NCBI GenBank assembly: GCA_905331295.1
Contig: CAJNYD010000357.1
Coordinates: forward strand, 1 to 64,000
Reading direction: 5' to 3'
Length of the DNA stretch: 64,000 nt
Source: Rotaria socialis
Lineage: Eukaryota
Made by a program: the position numbers and the translations under genes. A model generated the notes under the pieces. It worked only from the letters and a program-made list of their open reading frames with translations, had not been told where the DNA came from and searched no databases. Positions 42,350 to 54,967 of this stretch are shown here, piece after piece. Numbering within the stretch: the stretch's first letter is position 1; every line of letters starts with the position of its first letter.

Positions 42350-45300
42350 TTATATATAGGCGATTGCATATAAAAAGTTTGTGTTCGAGGTTCGAATACG
42401 TTCAAGCATAATTAATCTACTATTAGCAAAAAGTTTTGCTAGTTTCTCACCATTACCAATTAATGTATTCATGCCACTAATTTTCCACCTTTGTTTGATT
42501 TTTGTTGCCAAAACCAATTTATTATTAACGTCAGAAACCACCGATAAGAAAGCTACTATGTCGTAGACACTTGACGATGCACATCCTATATACGAATCAT
42601 CCAAAAATGGATAAAAGCATACAGCAGGCGGAGGTTTAGATGACAAATTTGTTGAATTTTTAATATCATTAACTTTTAAAATTATAACCGGTGGACCTAA
42701 AACATTAATTTTTATATAAATTAGAAGATTCCGACTTACTAAATCTTTCATGCAGAATATATATTAGGAGACGCCCTTGAGTCTGACAAATGAAATGGAA
42801 AAGATATAGTATAGAGGACCCACCTCTCTCTAATCGTAATAAGACCGATGATTATGAATTAAAATTAGAAAGTATCCATGACAGTTCGAAAATGTAAATC
42901 TTTTCAGAAGCACAATAGAAAAATTCCTTTTTAATATAGATACAAAAATATATACTAGACAATTCCGTGCATTCTAATATATCAAATAATATCCAGCCGA
43001 GTTTATTTTTGATAGAATACGCTAAAAATAGTTAGTTCATAGTGTGAAGTTCATCTGTGTAATCACTTTTCTCAAGTAAAACCTAGCAAACTATACATTT
43101 TCTTACAATCAGAAATTTTGATTTGTCTCGACATCAACATAGAACATTTATCACATATATGATCAGATGCATTGTTAGCAAAATAATTTGCTAACTGTTG
43201 ATTAAAACGAAATTGATTTTCAACCATACTAATTTCAATATAACTTATGTTAAATCTTGTATTAACAGTATGCTTACAAGATGTACAACGATAATTTTTT
43301 TTAACCGATATTGAATAAGAAATGATCGGAAGAAGAATGTTATGAATAATAAACGACAGTTGTTCACTCGTATCGATTGGAACATTGACAGTTATGTTGA
43401 ATTGGGTGTTCAATAATTTGTTTAGTTCAGTGCTGGTTTTTTTAGGTGGCTTAAGACGATTACAGCCCGATATCCAGTTGTTAATGAAAGAAAGTATATC
43501 GACAAGTAAAGGCGTTTTCATCAGTGTTGGTCGATATGTTTCACGAACAAATTTAATTGATAGTAAAAGTCCAATCGATATATTAAGCCAATATGCAACA
43601 GACAGATGTGGTATAAGAAGAGCATCATTAATGTTTGATGAAGAAATAATTAAAGAATTTTTTAAATTATTCATGATTGATGTTTCTGGTGTTTTAGCAT
43701 AGTGTCCATGACCACGTCGATTAGATTGTCTCCACCGTTCTTGTACATTTTTTAATTGCTGAGAATTTGTTTCATTATCAGTATCTTGAAACATGGTAGC
43801 CATAAGTGATATTGAAAACTTCTCAACCATTTTCTTCATATCATTAACAAGAATTTCTAATATAACATCAGATCTACACCGAGTCTGTATTCCTATAAAA
43901 GAAATAAAATACATCTTATGATCAGTTTTTGATTTCAATATAAAACATTTATTACCAAGTTGTGTTCTCTTTACAATTGACATTCGTCTTTCTGATATTG
44001 CATTAGTACGTTGATTATGAGTAGATAGAAGTAAATTATCGAAGGCGCGAACAGTGGATGCACCGTGCCGTGATAGATTTCCTGAAATTATGAATTTTAT
44101 CATTAGGTTTCTATCAGCTAACAATTAAATATAATCACCAAGTAAAATATTTGACCAGATAGGAATCGTTGGAATGCACCGTTGATTGATATATGATAAC
44201 CATTGTCGAGTACCTTTCGATGCTTTGTCAGATGACGAAAAAGCACCATTGTTCTTTATACAAGTTGTTAAACATTCATTATAAATAGCTTGCAACTCTT
44301 GTTTGAACGGACTATCGGCTTTATTTAATTCTTCTTCTTCATCAATAATCTAGACAAATAAAGAATAAACTCTTGTAAACTATTCTTCGAAAAATATCTA
44401 CAGATTCCAAAGGACTTCTTAAAACTAAATAGTAACATCAGATAAATAAAAAGAGATTCACACTTAAGACTTTATAACTTCAAGTGAATTCAATGTTTCG
44501 AACAGATTCAAAACGTTTGTAAAGCTAGATATATGCAAGAATAATTTAGAAAAACTGCAGCTAAAGCATATCTATAAACTTTATGTAACTATACTTCGTT
44601 AAATAATAAATATGATAATAAAAGTCTCGAATATCAATCATTGCCATATGACAAGTATACCAATTTCTGTTTAGGTCTATGTTCTGAAAACTGTTCTATA
44701 TTTCAGTACATTTAACTACTCTATTTTTCTTCGGAAAAAAATTATATCACGATATTTGTGCTATTTACCGATTTATTAATATTTGATGAATTCAAGTGAG
44801 ACGTAGTCGATCTTTTTCTTTTGTTATTAGTTTTAATATTTTCATTTGTATTCATTGTATTATGATCATAATCATCAAGTTCATTATCATCATCGAATGC
44901 AAATGGATCATTGATATTCGTACGTATTTCTTTTGATTGATGGATTGCTCGTGATGAATTTGGATCATTTGTTATATTACTAATACGAGAAAGTAGTGTT
45001 GCATGATGTTGTTTGAAATTAATGTTATCATTTGAAGCATAGTTAAAAAAAACTTGACAAATTAAACGCCAATTATCTTTAATTTCTCGCCATGTACTTG
45101 TATTAACAAGTAGCGCGATTGCCCACATTGCAATCTCACGAACATCTTCAGGTAAATATTTATTAACACGTTTGCGCATATCCTACAACATTCAATAATC
45201 AGTAAAATAAAAATCTAATTAAAAAAAAAGAGTATTTTCTTACCAACATGAAATGAGATAAACATGCATGAATATTTGTTTTGGATAAGTCATTTCGAAT

Positions 45301-48300
45301 TGCTGCATTAGTAACAATACGATAAGCACGTGCAAGAAATGCTGAATAATTTTCATCATTCAAGCCATATAAAGCAGCTTGAAGAAAGACCTGTGCACGA
45401 TCCGACAAAATTATCGCTGGTCTAGGAAATGAATCTTTCTTGTGAGGAAATACCTGAACAAAATTTTAAAAAATTAAGAAAAACAAGAATGGAACATCAA
45501 GATATTAATAATGAATTTCCGTGGATATTTTTATGCCATAGCAACTGAGTGACTATATCTATCATATTCTAGTTCTAAAATTTTCAACAATAAAGTATTA
45601 TCAAAAATATTATCATTTCTAATCTATTATTCGAGATATCACATTCAACAATCTTTGAAGATGAAGAATGATTATCGATTATTTTTTTAACTTTCTCATT
45701 TTTAATACTTCTTATTCTATACTAATCTAGTATATATGCATCACTGATATGTCAATTGTTGTATCGACTCAACGACAATAGTAGTAGCTGATAGGATTAC
45801 AGAAAGTATCTATTTAAACACTAAAAAACAGTACATTTACCTTTCTGTAGCATTCTTTGAATGCTGATAACCATTGTTTAACAGTAAAAAGTGTTTGAGA
45901 TTCGGATAACATAAATGTTAATGGCACTAAGCTATCTTCATCGACTATATTCGGATGTGTTATCGTTAACTCATAATATAAACATTGTTTAGATGATGAG
46001 TTCTTAACAATACCACCAGTAGCATCCCATGAAAGAACAGATTCTGGACGATTTACAATAGAATCATATAATCTAATTGAGGCTTCAGTAAAAGCAACAA
46101 CACAAAATGGTCGAAATTGAACAATTTGAAGCGCACCTTTGATTATTCCGTCACTATTCATTTCTTGAGCTAATTTATCATGTAATTGTAAGATTCCTAA
46201 ACTAATGTCTGGTGATAGTAAAGATTCAGCATTTGCTTCAGCTTTTATTTTTTTAAATACTTTTTTCGACTTGCCAGTTGCATCATAATTAAAACCTTTT
46301 TTTTCATGTATTGTTCTTTTTTCCTCATATTGAGCATGAACGCGATAAACAGAACCACCAGCTTTAAATTTATCCATTATTGCTCGTCGTTGAGAACCAC
46401 GAATTGGACGACCAATTTTTTCATTGACACGATGACAAATTTTTCGATTTATTGCAATAACGAAGCAATAACCATTATTTAAAACATGAACTTTGCACTT
46501 GAAGTGGCAAACATGGCCACTACATTTTAGAGTGCATCTATGAAGAAGAGCCGTTGGCTGTGATATATTTTTTCCGAAATAACGTGTGCAGATGCACATA
46601 CCACAATATGCATTGTAGTGTTTTAAATGAGGTAAGAGTGTATTGAGATACTCAATATTCACCTTGTTAATTATTTTAGCATTTTGATCTTTTTTATAAC
46701 ATTCATCAGCATTTACATCATTAAGTGTTGTGGATGCGTGTCCACTTTTCGACTTCTTTTTCAGCAATGCTGATAAATCCGATGTTAAACCCAACATATT
46801 CATTTTTTTATCAGATTTTTTCTTTAATTCTTCTTGTCGATATTGATTCATTTTTAAAAGTTCAGTTTCATTTAAACGAAAGTGATGTGTTTGTGAAAGC
46901 GTTGCTTCAAATACTTGTTCAATTCGAACACCTGCTGCCACTGAAGCTAATTTCTTACAAGTTTCTAATAGAAAAATAAAAATTATTGTGTATATAATAT
47001 AGTACTTGAAGTTTTCTTGAAAATTGAGTAAGCTTATCAGTAGTTAACTAAGAGAGAAATTACAATCATATTGGCGAATGCGTTTATTTTTCATCATAGC
47101 GATATCTTTGTGTGGAAATTCACGTTATTGCTACATTTATTTTGGGATAATTATCGATCCAATTAAATAAGCTATTATTCAGGCTAATAAATAAACGTTG
47201 ATAAATGATATCCAAGGGGTTTATGCTTAGCTATTAATTATACTTCATATAGTAATTAAATGATTATCTCTAAGATATTAAGAGAGAGAGAGAGAGAGAG
47301 AGAGAGTAAAGAAGTTTGCTAACGGAATAGCCAAACCCAATTACTCATTGGTATATCTATAAAAAATTATTTTAAGACGAGTTAAGAATGGTGAGCAACA
47401 CGGAAATCATGATAATATATGCATTCATTTGACGTACCCATTCGTGTTTCTTCACCATCAGACACTTCAGCTATAGAATCATCACTCGATTCATTTGAAA
47501 TAAATGAAAGTTCTTTAGAAGATATTGATGGATGTAGTACTTTTAAAGTAGAAGAACAATGCAAATAATATAAATAAATTCAATAACATTGGACCATCAT
47601 TCATACCTTTATTTGATACATGATAAAAATTCTTTCGATTTTCTTCGATTCGATCAATTGAACATTGATTACCGATTGTTATACTACTTTCTGTTTGCCC
47701 AAGAATAGGTTCATTATTTAAAATGGTATTTTTTCTTGAGCTAACTACTGACATGGTATTTTTTAACTTTGATCGAACCTTATTTTGAAATTCTTCTACA
47801 ATAGAAAAAATAAACATAAATAAATTTCAACTGAAAAGAGCCCAACCATCCTCAAATGGTATCATTGTCATCATATCAATCAAAGAATTGTTCCTGGATA
47901 GCTGTTCGTTCAGTAATGTAATTGATGTATTTATAGGTGTTGAATGTGCTGGAACCTAAAAGAAACTATTTGATGGCCAGGCATATGGTAAAATTATATT
48001 CATACGGAAGAATTTAAAAAAGGAGAATTCAAAACGATGTTATTTTCTGGTGTTGAAGGCATTAATGTTTGTGGTATTTGTTGAAATGATTCATTCATTG
48101 GTATGGACGTAGGACATACTTTCGCATAAAATAGCATAAAAGCTTCTGGATGATTTAAAACTTCATTTGATGATACATGTTGACAGTGTACATCATCAAC
48201 TAGAAACCAACGGTTGCCAGATGACCGAATATACGAGTAATAGTGGCCACTATTAAGATTATCACCAATATGATTGATGACGGCGTACAATTTGTATAAA

Positions 48301-50058
48301 TTATTAGTTGATGAATTTATATTTTGACTTTTATCGTTTGCAGTAAATAAATCCGATGTCATATACGAAGTAACATTTAACAACTCATTATAATTTACTT
48401 TATGCAAAAGTTTGTCAATTGAATCAAATGTAGCAGTAAAACGTTTGAAATTGATAATTAATATTGGTGATAATTCATTAATAGTAATACGTTTATCAAG
48501 TGTTACAAATTTGTTACAATTACTACATTTAAAGTTATTTATTTCTTCTCGGTTAACGAAATGTGCAAGAGCATCCGTCAAATGGTTGTAATTATTTATT
48601 TCAATTAATAACATACTAGTAATTTCTTCTTTTTTAAAAGTGTACATACACGCCTGACATTTTCCAGATGATAGAAGTTTTATATTAAATATTTGATCAA
48701 TAATTGTCGGTTTCATAGGAAGAGTAGATGGTATTGATAAATGTGACGATAAACAACAATTAAAATGATCTAACAATGTAATCATAAATTCGCACACATC
48801 TTCTTGTTCTCCCACATTAAATATACGTGATATTAGATGTACATGAGTTCTGATGGAGTCGGCTGATGGAATAGTGACGCAACTCGATTCAGTAGATTTG
48901 TTTCTTGGTGGTGGATGAATTAACAAGATGATTTTTGTTAATTCACAGATAGAACAAAATTTTCTTTCACTTGATAATCTACCTAAAATTAAAAAATAAC
49001 TAAATTTTATAAATATGATTATTTATTTGAAACTGTATATATTGTATTTTGAGTTTCATTGAGATGCTTATTGAAAATTATTTCTTAGTAATAGATGGTA
49101 CTCACATGTATTTAAGTTATCAACTTGTTCAAATAACCATTCGGTCAATGGAGGTGTGCTTCCCAAACATTGTAAAGCTGCATTAATATAGCAGGTTTTA
49201 TTATCTTGGTTTCTTAAACCAATCATTCGGTTTCGTAACGAATTCCAGTTCATTGTTGGCTTATTACTAAAAACATTAGGATGCTTTGAATTAACAAGAA
49301 GACAATCAGAATTATTTTGCAGATCAGATGGTTTTTCTAATGGTGTTGTATCAAATATATCCCTTGGAAATTCATCAATAATACTTGTTATTCCTAAACA
49401 AAGCAAAACTAGAAATATATCAATAAAGTAGTTTTAGCTTGCTCTCACGTTTTTCCTGCGATTCAGCATTCAAAGTTAAAGACAAATTCTTATTTTGGTC
49501 ATTATTTTTATATTGCATACATTGTACATCAGTAAATAATTCCAATGGTGGTGTTGAATGTAGAATTTTTCGATAGAATACCATGGAGTCTAAGATGATC
49601 CTGCCATTGCTAGATATATAAGATTTCCAGACTTCTGGAATATCAATATCTTGAAAATATAATGAAGGATCTACTTCGTAATGAAGTAAACGACTAATAA
49701 ATACTAAATCTATGGTATTTGGTATGTATTTGATATAGCCCTCAGGATCGAGTTGGCTATGAGCTTCAAATAAATCATCAGTAAAAAGTAATAAACATTC
49801 TTCTACAAGTAAATTTGCTGCATCTCTATCGATTTTTTTCATTAAAGATAAAGTTGAAACAACACCACAAGGATGCTGTAAAAGTTGGCGACAGGCTTTT
49901 TTCAAGTGTAGCTCGTGGTCAGTTATAGTTCGTTGAGCACATGGTAAAAGGTTTTCGAGTTCTTTCATGTCTTCATCAGTAACACCAATATTTTCAGCAT
50001 TACGAATATTTTCGTTAGTTGATCGATCAGGACTAGAACATTCTGAACAAGCATCCAT
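42350..50058 (-). CDS. USP (peptidase C19) + MULE/NOF-type DDE transposase + inactive USP-like domain fusion protein, 13 exons, ~1830 aa
   Basis: In-phase GT-AG exons 50058-49449, 49393-49106, 48982-48006, 47955-47847, 47795-47607, 47539-47438, 46964-45841, 45453-45244, 45182-44769, 44349-44139, 44081-43956, 43892-43107, 42696-42350 (5493 nt). USP motifs GLRNQDNKTCYINAALQCL, EQEDVCEF, HIGDNLNSGHYYSY, WFLVDD. Transposase motifs LSWDATG, ILSDRAQ, ACLSH, WSNILLG, RTNAISE. Confidence 0.8.
47281..47306. repeat. (AG)n microsatellite in the intron joining the USP-side and transposase exons
   Basis: About 13 AG units. Confidence 0.95.
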
Positions 50059-53000
50059 TTAACAATAATCTAAAATGAACCGAAATAAAAATTTAATATC
50101 AATATAGACTATCACAGATGAATACATTCAAGTAGTTTAGTATACACAGCATGTAATATTTATTTTGTTCTTTTCAAGAAATATTAAAACAAACTTAGAT
50201 TACAAATATTGAAAAATTGCAATAACTATATATAGTCAGATACTCTACCTTTACACATGTCTCCTAATCTTATGAGCAAGCATGCTAATGATATTTTTTT
50301 TATTCAAGTAGTGTTTTCAACGTTTGTCTTAGATTCATAGTTGCAAAAGAATAATTAAGTCATTGTTCATACTAATCTGAAATTCATAAAGTTATCTTCG
50401 CGTAGCCTTTAATAACACAATCGTAGAAGAGTATTTTCCTATTGATGCTTTTAATCTGAAAATAATTTGTTAGAAATACTTTTCTAGTCGATATTGTTTA
50501 ATAAACGACTATTCTGATAGAGAATCAATATACTTATCAAAGAGATAATTGAATGTAATTATAACGTCGAGGATATTGTATTTAATAAATTCGTAGTAAA
50601 CTGCTGTATCAGTCAATATTGCAAGATAAGTTTCGGGTTCATATCTCTAAATAATTTCAGATTACCTTTTGTAAAAGTTAAATATGGCCTACAAAAACTT
50701 GTAGATATAAAAATAATGTCTTCACTAAGATCAAGATAGAATCCCCGATGAAAACATTCCGATAATGTGTTCATGACGCATGATATATTTTTATGTACGC
50801 GATATACGTCTGTCGTTATGGGTAACTAAAAGAAAAGTCCGAATGATCACGTGCACGTTCTGTTTACACTGGTTAAATCGAAATGAAGCGATTGTTTCAA
50901 TAAATGATAGACATGTAAATAAACCAAAACATATAACTTCACTACAAAAACTTGAATATCACAAATTTAGTTTTATTCATTATGAAAAAATTCAATGAAA
51001 GCATTTTATTAGCTATGCAATATTACTTACACCATATTAGGAGATTCTATATCAAGTGATGGAGTTCTCCCGTAGTAAATTCTTTCAATTTTTAGTAGAG
51101 CAATTGATTTATCTAGTTGTGTTATGGTTGAATAAGAATGAAGAGTACACGATCCCTTTTGTTTCGTTGTGTTCTGTTATATCATTCTGCAACAATCGAT
51201 ACTGTCAGATAATAGAACAGAGCATTATGCAATACAAATATAATCATTTTTATTTCGATCTAGTAGATTCTATAAAATGGCTAGTAAGCTATTTTTTTTA
51301 TTTCATCAGATATTCAATGAGCAGAAGTGTTAGCTTAAGGAATACTTAATTCATAGTCAACAAAAAAATCGTACTAAAACTGTACGTTGATATCCACGAA
51401 CATAATTGATGTTATATGAAGAAAAACGGCATATATGGAATATGTATGAAAACAAAACATGCCATTCTATGCAATTCATTATTAAATTTCATGCTAATCA
51501 CTGTTTATTGATTTATAAATTTAAATGTCCATGAGACTCAGCTCTTCAAATAAACAACGCGATGTCTTTTATTTTCAGTTGTTAATTGTTTTATTATTGT
51601 TTGAGTTTTGAATTTAAGTCAATTGAATATATCAAGCTAGTCATGGATGATCAAAACATTGCTTTATATATTTGCTAGGATGTATTTGCTTGATGTGAAG
51701 CAATTGATATGGTACAATAGATTCTGTCTTGCTGTTTCTTTGAATTTTCAAATGAAAAAGAAAGATAGAATAACATTTTCAGTTTTGCTGTACTCTGCAG
51801 TTATCTGTATTGCCTAAATAAAATTATTTTGTTCTAAGCTATTAATAATAGCTTCAGTGAAAACTATTTGTTTTTGAAAACATCTTTAACATGGTTGTAA
51901 TATTTCGTAGTCTAGAAATTAGTTGTTATTTCTATTGAGCGTAGTTAACAAAAAGAAGTATGATATATGTAAGCATGGCAGTTGGAGACAAAAGCTAGGC
52001 CTGTAACACAAAAGTTAATCAGAAGTATTCAAAATTGAAATATCATTGAAACAAAAAACGTATAAGTACATGAATCTCACAAGACATATGAATGTAAAAA
52101 CTTTCTTTTTATTTCTCTTGTTTGAATAATCAATCTGAATTTAGAAAAAAATGAAATTTAAGATAGTTATTTACTGATAATACTCCAATTTTGTTCTAGG
52201 ACTTGTTCAAAATATTATTTTATTTTATATGATACAATGATAAAAATCATTAATTAGTGTTCCAAGTCAAAAAACATCATCAAGTCAAAGTACAGATGCG
52301 CATTCAAAAATTGTTCTTTTGTCTCGCATCAGCTGATATTCTAATTACAAAATGGTCATGATAATCTAAAAACCCAATATCATATAATGTGTCTACATAT
52401 TAAATAGTAATAAGTTACAAAAAAATGTTAAAAAAGCATAATAGGNTTACATATATCATACTTCTTTTTGTTAACTACGCTCAATAGAAATAACAACTAA
52501 TTTCTAGACTACGAAATATTACAACCATGTTAAAAAAGCATAATAGGAAGGCACTTGTTGAGATACAAGGAGACAAGTCTACAGTAAATGTGTGTATTCG
52601 ATAAAAAATGTGTATGCGAGAGAAACAGAAACGAATATATATGTATATGTATCTAAGTCATACAGAAACAGAAAGAAAAAGCCCATGTGACATAGATGAA
52701 CAATTTAATCATATTTTATCAAAAAGTTTAGTCAATAGAATATGCCATACTTATTTGCATTCTGTTAGAGCTGTCAAATCTTAATTGTCAAATATTCAAT
52801 ACAAATGAGATAGAAATATTTCTATAATCGTATGCATCGTTGAGGTGCACAGTTGCCCTTGTGAAATAGAATAATTTGTTGGTAAAGTTACTCAAATCAA
52901 ATTTCATTTTCAGACAACAACATTCTGCCCAATTTTATTCTATTAGATAGCAACTTTCTCATTCATTTCATTTGTTCACAAAAAAAATACTTTCTAAGTT

Positions 53001-54562
53001 TAACTTTGATCTTACAAATGACCTACTCAATAAAAGAAATAAAAATTTGATATAAAGACATTCTAAATGTCGATTCAGCTACAACATGGTTTCTTATATG
53101 ACTGAAGAACTTCTCTGATCATCGAGCACATCTTACAAATGCAAGTTCACGTTGAATAGATGTGAAACACTCGTATCATTTCATCGTATACAGTTCAATC
53201 TTATTTTTAATTCAGCAGCTATAGTTACAGTCAACATTGACTTCGAATTGTAGATCCATCTTTTCGTCATATGACTATAATAGTATATTGCAGTAAAGAT
53301 TCCAAAAGCTAAATAAGGTACGAAACGTGTATCCAAGATATACGAAAATTTTCGGGGTACGGAGTATGATATATTTGACAGCTCTGTGTACACTGTTGTG
53401 ATCAACTAACTATTTTGTTCTCATCTAAGTTGTTTGAAAAGCCTGTTTAGAAGGTTTTGAAACTAAATGATTACATGTAAACAAGCGAGGTTATTGCGTT
53501 CCTTGAATACTCTTTAATGTAACATATAGATTTATGCTATTATATAAAACTCAATTTATCAATCTTGCTAATTTTACCAAAGATTTTCAACGCTAACACA
53601 GTTTCTATCATGACGAGTATCAATCTACAGTACATATAGTATGCAAATGAATACATTTAGGATAAAATTATATATATATATATATATACAAGACTTTTAC
53701 ATGTGCACATTAATTAATCCCACATTTTCAATGCTGCTTTTCAGGATGTATAATTTTTAATTTATTAGTAAATATGTTTTATAATTCTCTATACATTGGT
53801 TGATGTTCTTCGTGAATACTCCACATAATAATCCAAAATAACATTTACTATTCAAGAAATGATACCTAAAACAAAACTTAATATCCAATAGGGTATATTT
53901 CCAACGATTCAAAATATCTATTGAACTTTTATGAACTTAACGATATTTTCAGCATCCGTTATGCTAACGCAATAGTAGAGAGAGATATAACAACGTACAT
54001 TGTTAAAACAAAGTGAGTTTATTTGGGTTATTTGAAATAAATGTTCAAATTATCTTAAATTGCCTTTCGCCTGTTCGTGACTATCAAATAATCTTTATTT
54101 TTACTTTACTATTTGTTTCGTTAGAATTTTTGTGTGCTAAAATTATATTTTTGAACTGTGGATGATTAAAAGTCAAATGAAAGATATGCTATACCTTTCA
54201 CTTCAAATCAAAAGTATCATTAGCACCTAGAAAAAAAGACAAAATGATCAATTTTAGTTTAATCACAGGTATCATTCTTGTATAGCATCAATATAACTAC
54301 AATTATTTATATAGATTGTTGATTTTAAAATCTTTTTGTGAAAACTGCGTCACACAATATAAAATTCAGACACTTGTGTTAGGTTCACCTCATGTAGTAC
54401 ATTTGCACGAATATCATATCAATACGATGTAGTCGTCAAAAACAAAATGATTAATGGAAAGTATTAGGTATATCATGGAATGTAATCTGATTGGTGTAAA
54501 TAAGAAAGGATATGCTACATACACTATTGTATGTAGCGTGTGAATGTAGCTTATCTTAACCC

Positions 54563-54967
54563 ACAAGTGAACGTGAACATCGATATACACATGAAACTCA
54601 ACCTGTAGATGAATATAAACCGGAACACAAACCACAGCAATTATCAATGGAAGAACGCAAACGTATACATAACCGATCATGCACCTTAAAACAACGCAAA
54701 CGATTATATCGACAGGAAATCGTTTGTGAAAATACGGATGCTCGATTTACCACTACGAAAATAAAACAATTACTACGAGAACGAAATATTGAATTTTCCG
54801 CTATTAATCGATCTCAATCAAAATTGAATAAACGAACTTTATATATAGGAATAAAAAACATCAATCACATGCCGCGATACGAAATCCTAACCAAATATTT
54901 ATTCAGCACCGCCAATTATAATCGTTATTCAAGTGATCGTCATCATCGATCTAATTCTCGATATTGA
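54563..54967 (+). pseudogene. 5'-truncated basic ORF of unknown function abutting the right TIR
   Basis: The frame of ORF 54647-54967 (MEERKRIHNRSCTLKQRKRLYRQEIV...TLYIGIKN) stays open upstream (TSEREHRYTHETQPVDEYKPEHKPQQLS) to the TIR boundary. Confidence 0.45.

Larger units (their letters stand above)
40593..54561 (-). mobile_element. ~14 kb Mutator/NOF-like DNA transposon carrying a USP-transposase fusion gene
   Basis: Left GGTTAAGATAATCTACATACAC (40593-40614) versus reverse complement of right GGTTAAGATAAGCTACATTCAC (54540-54561), 20/22 identical. GCTACATACA motif repeated subterminally at both ends. DDE transposase inside. No clean TSD, and one N at 52446. Confidence 0.75.

Noticed and set aside
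48000..49406. Stand-alone host USP36/USP42 gene
   Set aside because: It lies within the TIR-bounded unit and splices in frame to the transposase exons, so no gene symbol was assigned.
50780..53405. Small ORFs in the 5' part of the large element as additional cargo genes
   Set aside because: Short, AT-biased, and without recognisable motifs.
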